From a virus (Duplodnaviria > Caudoviricetes), in IMG/VR virus record IMGVR_UViG_3300048881_000514, positions 1 to 45,811 of that record: a stretch of DNA of 45,811 nt; one strand, written 5' to 3'. How positions within the stretch are numbered: position 1 is the first letter of the stretch; each line of letters starts with the position of its first letter. The position numbers and the translations under genes were made by a program. Of this stretch, positions 25,972 through 35,026 are shown piece by piece. Under the pieces are notes generated by a model, which worked only from the letters and a program-made list of their open reading frames with translations, had not been told where the DNA came from and ran no database searches.

Positions 25972-27092
25972 TTATCAACTCCTTTTCTTAAACATATTGG
26001 ACACTCTTCTTCTAAAATCAAGTTTTGAATGCCTTTAAGTTCTTTAGTTATCTTGTTTATTTCCTTTTCAGCGAGGGAAACCCCCCACTGAAGCTTCTGT
26101 CTTTTTTCCATCCTTTTTATTAAATCTAAGTTGTCTTGGTAATCTTCGATTTCTTCAAGCTTTTGGACAGACTCTAAAAGCAAGATTTCGACCACTACCT
26201 TCTTTCTTTTTTTCAATAACTCTTCAAGTTGAGTTATGTCATTCACTTTTGGTACTTCAGGTAGGTGGTAACTCTCTAAACCAACCTCTATCATACCTGT
26301 TGCCATTTGAAGTTTTATTTTCCTCTTCTTTATTCTTACGGCTTCATCTATTTGACTAAACTTGTCAAAGTTAGGTGTGGGGATTTCAACATCTCTTACA
26401 GGAGAAAGAAATTTCTCTGCTACTGATAGTATTCTTTTCTTGCGTTCTAAAACCTCAACTTCTTGAAGCGTTTTCTCAATAGCTTCTTTCTTACTTTTCT
26501 CTCGCTCATATACTTCAAGTTTTGAATAGTCAAAACCTTCATATAATTGGAGATTAGTTTGAGCTGTTTCTAAGTCTTCTCTTTTAATCTTTGTTCGAGA
26601 CTTAATATCTCTTACTTCCGACCTTGCATGAGTAGAGGCTTTTTCAAGTTGTTGGATAACGTCTACATCAGATAACGCAGAGGATAAAGCACTTGGGGGT
26701 AAGTCGATTAGAAATATACTCTTAAACTGTTTGGCTATTTGTGGGTAAAGTTCTCGACCATCAACTTCAACAGATCTCACACCTAGATCTTTAACTTCAT
26801 CGGGAACACCACTACCTACCTTTGATATTTCTTTCCCATTCACTAAATACTTATTTACTTTTTTACCCTTATCCCATTGGACTTCATTTCCGTCTTCAAA
26901 CACCACAGAAACGCTTGAGTGAGTCTCGCCATTACGGACATGGGCATTGCCTCTAAGATTAGTAAAAACTCCGCTAAAAGCACGAGCAAGGGCTGACTTG
27001 CCAATACTGTTTTCTCCTGTGATAACCGTAAGACCTTTCACTTCTACTTCAGCTTGTTTTATAGACTGAAAGTTCTGCACTTTTACCCACAT
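25959..27092 (-). CDS. sbcC: SbcC/Rad50 N-terminal half (Walker A, coiled coil, zinc hook)
   Basis: VQNFQSI...GLTVITGENSIGKS; Q-loop; coiled coil ending CPIC. Confidence 0.85.
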   Translation of the reverse strand: MWVKVQNFQSIKQAEVEVKGLTVITGENSIGKSALARAFSGVFTNLRGNAHVRNGETHSSVSVVFEDGNEVQWDKGKKVNKYLVNGKEISKVGSGVPDEVKDLGVRSVEVDGRELYPQIAKQFKSIFLIDLPPSALSSALSDVDVIQQLEKASTHARSEVRDIKSRTKIKREDLETAQTNLQLYEGFDYSKLEVYEREKSKKEAIEKTLQEVEVLERKKRILSVAEKFLSPVRDVEIPTPNFDKFSQIDEAVRIKKRKIKLQMATGMIEVGLESYHLPEVPKVNDITQLEELLKKRKKVVVEILLLESVQKLEEIEDYQDNLDLIKRMEKRQKLQWGVSLAEKEINKITKELKGIQNLILEEECPICLRKGVDKCHD

Positions 27093-27103
27093 TTTACTCC
27101 CCT

Positions 27104-27382
27104 TTAGAATATTGACATATTGCGGTGCTTAAGTCTTTCTCTAACTAAAAACCAACTTTGAGCCGTCATTTTTTTAGGGCGACAAGACTTCTCTTCCATT
27201 ATACCTAACTTAAGTATGATGTTGTTAAAGTCTTCCTTTTCACCCATAAAAAACAGTCTCTCTTTTAAATCCTTACAAACATAAATCATGATATGTTTGT
27301 CGGGCTTCTCATGGTTTAATTCGTAAAAAACAAATGAGACAAAGAAGATTAAAAGAAGAAGGGAAGCTCGACAATTACCCAT
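27104..27382 (-). CDS. small protein with N-terminal TM/signal segment
   Basis: LLLLIFFVSFVFY; coupled to the recA stop. Confidence 0.6.
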   Translation of the reverse strand: MGNCRASLLLLIFFVSFVFYELNHEKPDKHIMIYVCKDLKERLFFMGEKEDFNNIILKLGIMEEKSCRPKKMTAQSWFLVRERLKHRNMSIF

Positions 27383-28560
27383 TAAATATCCCCTAGAATA
27401 TCTTCCATGTCCTCTAAATCACCAAGAGCGACTTCAGCTAAGTTAGGCTTCTCTTCTTCGTTCTTGCTCTTAGGGTCAATTAAGAAAGGCTTTACTAGAG
27501 CAAAGATCTGAGAAACGTGTTCTTCACTCAATGCTACTTTAAAGCTATTAAGACCTTGGGCTCTTATCTCCCCCTCGTTGCTATTCCAAGAATACCATGC
27601 ACCTTTTTTACTCACAATACCTGTCTTAATCGCAAGCTCAAGAACCGTTCGGACGTTATCCACACCCTCACCACTGATAAGGTAAAAGTCAACTTCTCTG
27701 TGAGCTGAATCTGAGACTTTGCATTTATCAAGTTTGGCTCGGACACAAGTACCTAAAACGGAGTCTACTGCTTTACCTTGCATACCGTCCCATACCTTCC
27801 CTTTTTCTTTCCCTACAACACGAAGCATAATCTGAAGGGTAGAATAGAAAGACCAAGCCTTCCCACCTTGAGGGATCTTTTTAGGTCCTGCGAAAGAAGT
27901 CATCCCCCCGATTGATTCACGAAGCTGTGAAATGCCGATAACCGCTGTCTCACTACCTTTGATTTTTGATTTAATCTTAGGCAGATACGCAGACCACAAT
28001 CGAGCATTGAGTCCAACAGGGGCGGGGCCTTCATCTTGTTTCTCAAAGAACGCTTTAGGAACTGCGGCCCCTACGGAGTCGATTACAATAAGGTCAACTC
28101 CTGCTTGTGCCATCGTGAAAATATAACGCAGACCTGCCTCAAGAGTATCGGGTTGGATTAAGAGGAACTTTGAAGTGTCGGTGATAGGTACTCCAAGAGC
28201 CTGTGCGTATCTGTGATCAACCTCATGCTCCCAATCTATGTACACACAAGTCCCACCATCAGAACAAGTCTGAGCAGCAGTTTGAAGGGCAATCGTGGTC
28301 TTTCCTGCTCCTGCCAACCCATACAAATTGGTGATGTTTCCTTTAGGGATTCCAGGACAAGGGCGAATCCCTTGGTCATTCTCTTTACCTCCAATGAGGT
28401 AGTCAAGAGCAACTGACCCTGTTGAAATGTGAGGACGACTTTCTTTAAGACTGTTGGGGTCAAGAGTCACAACATGGTCTTCTTTCAAGACACCTGCTAC
28501 CGCTTTTGCGGCCGACATTAAATCTGTTTTTCTTTTCAGTGGCTTTTTTGCTTTTGCCAT
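27382..28560 (-). CDS. recA: RecA recombinase
   Basis: ISTGS..LD, GIPKG.IT..YG..GAGKTT, YIDWEH, QPD, IVIDSV, ISQLR, GGKAW.FYS, KKGAWY; start at MAKAKK after AAAGGA. Confidence 0.95.
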   Translation of the reverse strand: MAKAKKPLKRKTDLMSAAKAVAGVLKEDHVVTLDPNSLKESRPHISTGSVALDYLIGGKENDQGIRPCPGIPKGNITNLYGLAGAGKTTIALQTAAQTCSDGGTCVYIDWEHEVDHRYAQALGVPITDTSKFLLIQPDTLEAGLRYIFTMAQAGVDLIVIDSVGAAVPKAFFEKQDEGPAPVGLNARLWSAYLPKIKSKIKGSETAVIGISQLRESIGGMTSFAGPKKIPQGGKAWSFYSTLQIMLRVVGKEKGKVWDGMQGKAVDSVLGTCVRAKLDKCKVSDSAHREVDFYLISGEGVDNVRTVLELAIKTGIVSKKGAWYSWNSNEGEIRAQGLNSFKVALSEEHVSQIFALVKPFLIDPKSKNEEEKPNLAEVALGDLEDMEDILGDI

Positions 28561-28639
28561 CTTTATTCCTTTCAAGTGAATGAGGAGAGGACACCTCTTT
28601 ATATATAAGATTAAAGCCAAATCCGATCTGTTTTTTACA

Positions 28640-29290
28640 CTAATTTTCTGACCATTTGAAGAACCTGTCGTTTTCCTTATACGTTATGCCTTTTCTTTTT
28701 ACTTTGCCTGCCTTCTTTCCTCTCACAAACTTCTCATAAGCTGTGAAATGTTTCGCTTCTAACTCTGATAAGTCAGCCACTTCAATTGTACCTTCGATAA
28801 GTTGCCAAAATCTCCCAGCTGTTCTACCGACCCAATAAGCGTCAGCTTGATGGTGATTCCATCTCTTCGCCCCTTGACCTTCAGTGGCTTGCTTCACTGC
28901 ATCGACCATATCTCCTTTGACCATCTTCCAACCCTTTGGGCGATTAAGAAATACGGAGGCATGGGCTTTGACTTGGTTAGGGGAAAGATAAACTGTATCG
29001 ATTCTTTCAAGCATTAAAGCTTCGTTCGAGTATAGGAATAAGCCATACATACCCTCTGAATAAAGATCATTAAAGATAGGCGATTCGATACCTACTCTTA
29101 GTGTTTTATCAGGGTGGTCAGCTCTGACTTTCTGTATGATTTCTCTAAGACCATCTCTTAGGTATATGTATCTTTTAATAAAAACCATATCTGCTTTAGT
29201 AGACATCATTCCTTTATCTAAGAAAGTGCCGTCATCTTCCATCAGTACCCAACCAAAGTTTCTGAGAGAAGGGTCTAGTCCTAATATCAT
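28640..29290 (-). CDS. ruvC: RuvC-like Holliday junction resolvase
   Basis: ILGLDPSLRNFGW, IESP, SP.QVK, K.DMV, HQADAY. Confidence 0.85.
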   Translation of the reverse strand: MILGLDPSLRNFGWVLMEDDGTFLDKGMMSTKADMVFIKRYIYLRDGLREIIQKVRADHPDKTLRVGIESPIFNDLYSEGMYGLFLYSNEALMLERIDTVYLSPNQVKAHASVFLNRPKGWKMVKGDMVDAVKQATEGQGAKRWNHHQADAYWVGRTAGRFWQLIEGTIEVADLSELEAKHFTAYEKFVRGKKAGKVKRKGITYKENDRFFKWSEN

Positions 29291-29352
29291 GTGTTATCCT
29301 TTTATGGTCTTCGAGTTGTAAATATATATATACAAGAAAAGGAGACACTCTT

Positions 29353-29796
29353 ATGAAATTATCGGAAGTAATAGCGGATCGTTATTTAGAGAACTTGGAA
29401 ATCTTTGATGAGTTGCCCAAGAAGAAATTACGAGTAAGACCCTCTGAAATGAAGAAACTTGCGTCAGCTTTTGGAGACTGTTATCAAGTAAATGGTAAAT
29501 ACTTTTTAGACCATGCTTATCGAAATCCTAATCTCAGACTTGTTCATGGAGAAGTTATGGGTCAAGGTGAACTACAAGGTATTTCTTACGGACATTGTTG
29601 GTGTGAAGAGGGTGGAGAAGTTCTTGATTTCTCTAATGGTCGAGACATAAAAATCGACAAACGAGTCTATTATGCTTTAGGTCAAATAGATCGCTTCAAT
29701 AACACCTATGTATATGATCAACCGACTTTCTCAGAAATGATCTCAAAATATGAGCATTGGGGCCCTTGGGAACTGAAAACTAAAACAGGTTTATAA
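29353..29796 (+). CDS. papain/transglutaminase-fold Cys-His-Asp protein (putative)
   Basis: GDCYQ...LVHG...GHCWCE...VLDFS. Confidence 0.6.
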   Translation: MKLSEVIADRYLENLEIFDELPKKKLRVRPSEMKKLASAFGDCYQVNGKYFLDHAYRNPNLRLVHGEVMGQGELQGISYGHCWCEEGGEVLDFSNGRDIKIDKRVYYALGQIDRFNNTYVYDQPTFSEMISKYEHWGPWELKTKTGL

Positions 29797-29896
29797 TTAC
29801 GTTGTTGCTTCTAATTTTAATCTTAACTTTAACGTGGTTTATTCCTGTTCCAATAGAAGACCCTAACCACAAGAAAGAGCGTTGGTACGAGAAGTA

Positions 29897-30607
29897 TTAA
29901 AATAAATCAAAGATGGAAATAGTATCTCCTTCTTGAGCTTCTTTCTTCCCTACTTCTGCTTCAGATTCAATCTCTGTCCCAATCGGCATCCAATGTCTAA
30001 TACGGGCTTCACAGATTTCTGCATATTCGGGCTGAAGTTCAACACCTACAAAGTCATAACCTAAACGGCTCATGGCTATACCTGTAGTGCCTGAACCTAA
30101 GAATGGATCTACGACTTTTGAGTTAGGTTTTATATCTCTAGCACACCATTCCATGATTTCTATGGGTTTCACTGTCGGATGTGCATTTGCTCTACCCTCT
30201 TCTTTCTCTTCAAGACCTGCTTCTCTTTCTGAACGGCTTGCTTTTGAGGTGTAATAAAAGGTGTCGGGTTCTTCTGCTACAAAGATAGCGTCTCTCACTT
30301 CAAACCCTTTATCTTCAAGAGCAATCACACCCTTATATCCAATATCTTTGGGGATAAGAATACAGTGCCCACCAGGTTTTAGGATTTGATGGATCTGTTT
30401 CGCCTCTTCTTCGGTTGGTTCACCTAGTAAAATAACCCCATGAACAGTTGGTCTTTTTGAGGGTACAACCGCACCACTTGCAAACCCTTGAGTGTCGTCT
30501 TCAAGGTGGGACTCGAAGTCTATTTCTGAAGGCTTTGCTACGAGAACTTTTGCGTCTTCTACGGGCGGAGTAATCATAGTTAAAAAGTAATCAATCATCT
30601 CTTTCAT
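29897..30607 (-). CDS. DNA methyltransferase part C: degenerate catalytic fold plus SAM-binding motif I
   Basis: ILKPGGH...LEDKGFEVRD (no DPPY), FYYTSKASRSER, HPTVKP, VVDPFLGSGTTG, GVEL..EY.EI..ARI. Confidence 0.9.
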   Translation of the reverse strand: MKEMIDYFLTMITPPVEDAKVLVAKPSEIDFESHLEDDTQGFASGAVVPSKRPTVHGVILLGEPTEEEAKQIHQILKPGGHCILIPKDIGYKGVIALEDKGFEVRDAIFVAEEPDTFYYTSKASRSEREAGLEEKEEGRANAHPTVKPIEIMEWCARDIKPNSKVVDPFLGSGTTGIAMSRLGYDFVGVELQPEYAEICEARIRHWMPIGTEIESEAEVGKKEAQEGDTISIFDLF

Positions 30608-30608
30608 T

Positions 30609-31076
30609 TTAGTTTCTTTCTTGAGGTAAAGGTTTAATCTCAATATTATTATTTATGAGGTAGCTCAATCCTTCGTGGTGATCTCCTTCTTTATATATCG
30701 GAGAATACACTCTAACGATACCCGAATGATGGATTGCTTTTGCACACATCAAACAAGGGTCGCAGTTTACGATCAACCACTTCCCTAACGTAGACTGACC
30801 CACTCTTGTAGCATTGAGAATTGCATTCATTTCAGCATGGTGACACCCGACATCATTTCGATTGCCACTCTTTATTTTTTTAGTTTCTCTTTCACAAGCA
30901 ACCCCTCCGCAAAGGTCTTCTTTAGAACCTCTGGGAGTGCCATTATAACCCTCACTTATGACCACGTTATTCTCAGGGTCTACGATCAAACAGCCTACTT
31001 TTCTTCTTGGGCAGGGTGAGTTTGAAGCGATAAGGTTACATTGTTGAACTCGAACAGAAAGATGTTTAGGGTTCAT
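30609..31076 (-). CDS. dCMP deaminase
   Basis: SPC.RRKVGC, GYNG.PRG, HAEMNAI, PCLMCAK; start at MNPKHL. Confidence 0.92.
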   Translation of the reverse strand: MNPKHLSVRVQQCNLIASNSPCPRRKVGCLIVDPENNVVISEGYNGTPRGSKEDLCGGVACERETKKIKSGNRNDVGCHHAEMNAILNATRVGQSTLGKWLIVNCDPCLMCAKAIHHSGIVRVYSPIYKEGDHHEGLSYLINNNIEIKPLPQERN

Positions 31077-31512
31077 TTGGTTCTTCTTTCTTAAATTGTT
31101 TAAAGAACCTAGAAGCACCCCCTCCGTCTGAATATAGAGTTCCTTGTTTTTGATATGATCCTTGGTTCGGTCTGTACAGGCTTTGACTTTGAGCATTAGA
31201 AGGATAGTTCCCCGTAGAGGGTCGATTGCCACTTTGTACGTCAAGACTGATGACTGAGTTGTCCCCCATAAGAATGAAGTTAGCAGGCCATCTACCATTT
31301 GCAGGCACATAATTATTTAGATCTATTTGGTTCTCACCTGTAAAAGTCGCTACTCCTTGACTCCCTGACTGATTTCTTTCCCATTCTTTGAAGAAGCTTT
31401 CTTCATCTGTTTCTATTCTACTCTCATCAATATTTAAAGCCCCACAACCATGTTTAAGAGTGTTCTCAGCTACTGTACCCTCTAAGGGTTTTCTAAGAAT
31501 GGTGATGATCAT
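31066..31512 (-). CDS. DNA methyltransferase part B, copy 2 (middle/variable module)
   Basis: RKPLEGTVAEN.LKHG.GALNID..RI...GRWPAN...GGASRFF. Confidence 0.85.
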   Translation of the reverse strand: MIITILRKPLEGTVAENTLKHGCGALNIDESRIETDEESFFKEWERNQSGSQGVATFTGENQIDLNNYVPANGRWPANFILMGDNSVISLDVQSGNRPSTGNYPSNAQSQSLYRPNQGSYQKQGTLYSDGGGASRFFKQFKKEEPNEP

Positions 31513-32081
31513 TTTTTAATCCCAATACAAATACTTTCCCATGCGGGTTTAAGAGCCGTACCCCAACCCTCCCATTTAGATGTTCCTCTTGTAATTACCT
31601 CTTTACCGTAACCAAAGATTTTTTTGTTGTTCTGATTTGCAGGGTCTGCTGTATATCCTACTCTTTTTTTGATTGCTTCATCTACAGAACCTCTTTCTTT
31701 AACACCTAAAACTTCTCTTTCGGTCCCACATATCTTATCAATAGTTTTACCTAGATTATGAGATTTCGGGAATCCACTCCCATAAGTCCATGCTTCTATT
31801 CGTAAATCTGAGAAACCTATTTCTTCCATCATTGCTATTAAATGATGGAAAGTCCTCGATCCTGAGAAGGCTTTGATCACCCCATTAGGTTTTAAGATTC
31901 TATGGGCTTCTTTAAGCCAACCTCTATGCCATTCTCTTTGCTGACTTCCGTTTCCTATGTCATCCCAACCTTTTGACATAAACTTTAGTCCATAAGGTGG
32001 GTCGCAGATAACAGCGTCAACTGAGTTATCCTCTATCTCTTTTAATCGTTGGGTGCAATCACCTATTTTTATTTCTATCAT
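31509..32081 (-). CDS. DNA methyltransferase part A (DPPY catalytic half, N6A/N4C beta class)
   Basis: GDC...DNSVD..ICDPPYGL.FM..WD, RILKPNG, RTFH, YGSGFPKS, WEGWGTALKPAWE; lacks FxGxG. Confidence 0.92.
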   Translation of the reverse strand: MIEIKIGDCTQRLKEIEDNSVDAVICDPPYGLKFMSKGWDDIGNGSQQREWHRGWLKEAHRILKPNGVIKAFSGSRTFHHLIAMMEEIGFSDLRIEAWTYGSGFPKSHNLGKTIDKICGTEREVLGVKERGSVDEAIKKRVGYTADPANQNNKKIFGYGKEVITRGTSKWEGWGTALKPAWESICIGIKK

Positions 32082-32680
32082 TGATCATTCTCTTTCTTAA
32101 ATTGTTTGAAAAACCTAGAAGCCCCTCCCTCACTTGCAGGGTTTTGAACTCTCCGTTCATACATTTTCCCAAAGGTTGTATATTGACCTCCTTTAGCGAT
32201 ACTGTCCATTGCTCCGCTTTTCAGTACCCCACTCTGATCATCAAGATTCTTAACAGGGCAACCCTCTTCACAGATCCAATCAGATATAGTTTCTTCTCCT
32301 TGATATGGGTCATTTGCTCTTTTCTTCAGACCATCTTCATACAACCCTTTCTCACGAACTCCCCCTCCATTTTCTGTATATTTCTTTCCCACTTTAATCT
32401 CTTTCACCCCTTTTAACTCACAGCCCTTTTTATGAATAAGAATAAAGTTAGCTGGCCATCTACCATTAGGTTGCACATAATCTCCTGCATTTCCTCTCTC
32501 ATATCTCCAATTTTCTTTACCATCATGTCTTTCTATTGGGTTTTCAGCATAAGCTCCCCCATTAAGATTATCTGAGGTCGATATACGACAGGAGTCTATA
32601 TTTAAAGCCCCACAACCATGTTTCAGAGTATTCTCAGCGACTGTACCTTCTAAGTGTTTTCTAAGGATAGTGATGATCAT
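32078..32680 (-). CDS. DNA methyltransferase part B, copy 1 (middle/variable module)
   Basis: Same three conserved blocks as 31066..31512, with different intervening segments. Confidence 0.85.
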   Translation of the reverse strand: MIITILRKHLEGTVAENTLKHGCGALNIDSCRISTSDNLNGGAYAENPIERHDGKENWRYERGNAGDYVQPNGRWPANFILIHKKGCELKGVKEIKVGKKYTENGGGVREKGLYEDGLKKRANDPYQGEETISDWICEEGCPVKNLDDQSGVLKSGAMDSIAKGGQYTTFGKMYERRVQNPASEGGASRFFKQFKKENDQ

Positions 32681-34059
32681 TTTTTACTCCTGATTATTTT
32701 TGCCACTGAACACAAGGTAGTCGCTACTGAAAAGCTTGACCTCACAAGATATAAAAGTCTTTCTGTTGGGAAAGGCTCATATAGACATTTATAGGTGTTA
32801 AGTATAGTTTCTAAGTTGGCTATATTCTTGTTTATCCCCACTACCCTTAAAGGAGAAATAAGTGCTTTATCAATAATGGGGTGGATACCTTGTATGTTAG
32901 CTAATATCGGAATTGAACCATTAACGTATCCATTTTTTAACATAAGGTTCATATTTAACAGGGCTTTTTCAGTTCTTGATCTTTTCAATCTAGCTTCCCC
33001 TTCGGTAGCCCCACCCACTTTCACTCTTATTAAAGTACCACCCAACATTGAAGCTCTCTTTCTCCAAAGGTCTTGTGTGTGGTTATGTTGTGAGTTGTTC
33101 GCTTCATGTAGAAGTCGCTCTATCCTTTGACCTGTTACTTCTGCGTGATCATCGTAAGGGTCAATAATCAGCTCATTCTGTTTTAATGTTATTTCTCTAG
33201 CCGAACCGAAGAACTCAAGCTTAAACTCTGAATAAATATATGGGTCATATAAAGTCCCACCTGTGAAGGAAGCTACATCTTCTAACCAACCTTTACCCCA
33301 TGTAACTAAAGGTGCTTCTATTGCGTAGGCTTCTACTACACCTTCTTCTCTATTTCTTTTCAGAGTAGCTAGGGCTTCACCTCTCATCATAGGGCAAATG
33401 ATCACTAAAGGTCTGTTAGGGAAAGTCCCCATAAGCTCTAATGGGGATATTATATCTTCAAACTTAGATATGCGTTTTGGGATTAAGGCAACTATTGGAC
33501 CTTTCAGTGTGGTTTGTTCTTGGATGTGATGGTTTTTTGAGTCTGAATAAAAGCTCTCTGACTCTATAACCTCGCACCCAACCCCTTCGTATTTTTCAAG
33601 TGAGATATGAGATTCAGCTCCCGAAAGAAATACAGCGTCTGCGAGTTGATCAGCAAATTCTAAACCTTCCCCTACGTCTACTAGTTGTTCTTTTTGTGCT
33701 TCCTTAGATTGGGCTATTATTCGACTTTCTATCTCAGGTAAATAAGAAAGAATCTCTTTAGTGAGGTCAGGGTGTCCTCCATGTTTATGTTTCGCTAGGG
33801 ACCTCATCAGTGAAATCGTCATAAAACACCCTAACTTACCCCCATCCCCACTGCCCATAACGTCTAAAAAGCCTCTTTGGACTACTTTATGTTGGGGTTT
33901 CCATTGATTTAGAGTTGATTTCGCTGATAAATTAGTAAATACTTGATTATTTCTTGAGATTGCCACAGTTTTCCCGCTTGAAGCGTGAGAACATACCATT
34001 AGTTTGGATATTTCTTCTATATCTCTACTGAATTGTCTAAAGCTCATTTTGTCCCCCAT
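32677..34059 (-). CDS. divergent GroEL/Cpn60-like chaperonin
   Basis: GK.V.I, GDG, RPLVII, EALATL..N, AP..G...LED.A..TGG, G.A..I.......I, L.G....KVGGATE.E; ATPase motifs altered. Confidence 0.8.
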   Translation of the reverse strand: MGDKMSFRQFSRDIEEISKLMVCSHASSGKTVAISRNNQVFTNLSAKSTLNQWKPQHKVVQRGFLDVMGSGDGGKLGCFMTISLMRSLAKHKHGGHPDLTKEILSYLPEIESRIIAQSKEAQKEQLVDVGEGLEFADQLADAVFLSGAESHISLEKYEGVGCEVIESESFYSDSKNHHIQEQTTLKGPIVALIPKRISKFEDIISPLELMGTFPNRPLVIICPMMRGEALATLKRNREEGVVEAYAIEAPLVTWGKGWLEDVASFTGGTLYDPYIYSEFKLEFFGSAREITLKQNELIIDPYDDHAEVTGQRIERLLHEANNSQHNHTQDLWRKRASMLGGTLIRVKVGGATEGEARLKRSRTEKALLNMNLMLKNGYVNGSIPILANIQGIHPIIDKALISPLRVVGINKNIANLETILNTYKCLYEPFPTERLLYLVRSSFSVATTLCSVAKIIRSKK

Positions 34060-34075
34060 AAAGAAAGGCTAAGTT

Positions 34076-35026
34076 ATGTCAAGTATTGTGTCACAAACTA
34101 GAAGGAGTGCTTGTTCTTATAATAAGAAAGCGAGTCGGAGCGTAGGTTGGGGGGGTTGTATCCCTCAATCTGCTATAGATGTATATCCGAATTTAAACTC
34201 ACCTTATGATTCTAAAGACTTTGCACTTGCAGTCGAATCCTTCCAAGAAGACACATTCGGTGCAAGTTCTCAAGTTGATGGGAAGATGGGTCGGGGTACA
34301 TGGTCTGCTCTCCTTAAGAGATTTGACTTTGTAGATGATACCCAACCATTTTGGACATTAAACGACAGAAGGATCAATGTTGATATTGACCCCGATGTTG
34401 AAGTGGTAAACTTTGATCAAGACGGAGGGTTAGACCTTCACCGATTTGGTCATTTCTCAAGTAGGAAAGGGAGAAAGCCTACCTTTATTGTTGTGCATTG
34501 GGGGGGCTTAGATCCAGTTCATTGTCACAGGATATTCTCAAACCCCGACAGGAAAGTAAGCTCTCATGCAGGGGTTGGTCTTTCTCCCGATGGAGGTCCT
34601 ACAATTTATCAGTATCTCGACCTTTCCCATAAAAGCTGGCACGCAGGGTGGGCTAACTCTTACTCGGTGGGTATTGACATATGCCAACAGCCGAGCTTAA
34701 AATGGAAAGATCATTACACAAAGAAAGGCTACTCGATTTCTATTACTGATAATAACACAGGTAGAGGAGACAAAAGAGTCTTAACCATAGATCCTGATGT
34801 CGCTCTCGCTGTTAAAGAGGCGATTAAATCTTTGTGTGGTGTTCTTGATATACCTTATCAGTGTCCTAGAGGGTCTGACGGGCAATCTTTAGAAGGCGAC
34901 ATTTATCATGGTGTAGTTGATCGCTCTTATTTAGAGAACTCTTTCAGTGGTGTGATTGGACATCATCATATCACTAAGACTAAATGGGACTGTGCTTGTT
35001 GGTGGGATGAAATTTGGGAAGACTAG
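34076..35026 (+). CDS. N-acetylmuramoyl-L-alanine amidase (Amidase_2) with PG-binding domain; probable endolysin
   Basis: AV..FQ...VDG.MG..TW..L; IVVHW; SSH; IYQY.D...SWHAG.AN..SVGIDI; VIGHHH...K.D. Confidence 0.85.
   Translation: MSSIVSQTRRSACSYNKKASRSVGWGGCIPQSAIDVYPNLNSPYDSKDFALAVESFQEDTFGASSQVDGKMGRGTWSALLKRFDFVDDTQPFWTLNDRRINVDIDPDVEVVNFDQDGGLDLHRFGHFSSRKGRKPTFIVVHWGGLDPVHCHRIFSNPDRKVSSHAGVGLSPDGGPTIYQYLDLSHKSWHAGWANSYSVGIDICQQPSLKWKDHYTKKGYSISITDNNTGRGDKRVLTIDPDVALAVKEAIKSLCGVLDIPYQCPRGSDGQSLEGDIYHGVVDRSYLENSFSGVIGHHHITKTKWDCACWWDEIWED

Noticed and set aside
31066-32680. MTase fragments as a frameshifted pseudogene, or as intein/intron-interrupted
   Set aside because: The gene order is permuted (B-A-B-deaminase-C), each piece has its own start and a remodelled terminus, and I saw no intein or intron motifs. 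Slippage on the A6 run at the A/B2 junction cannot be excluded but has no support here.
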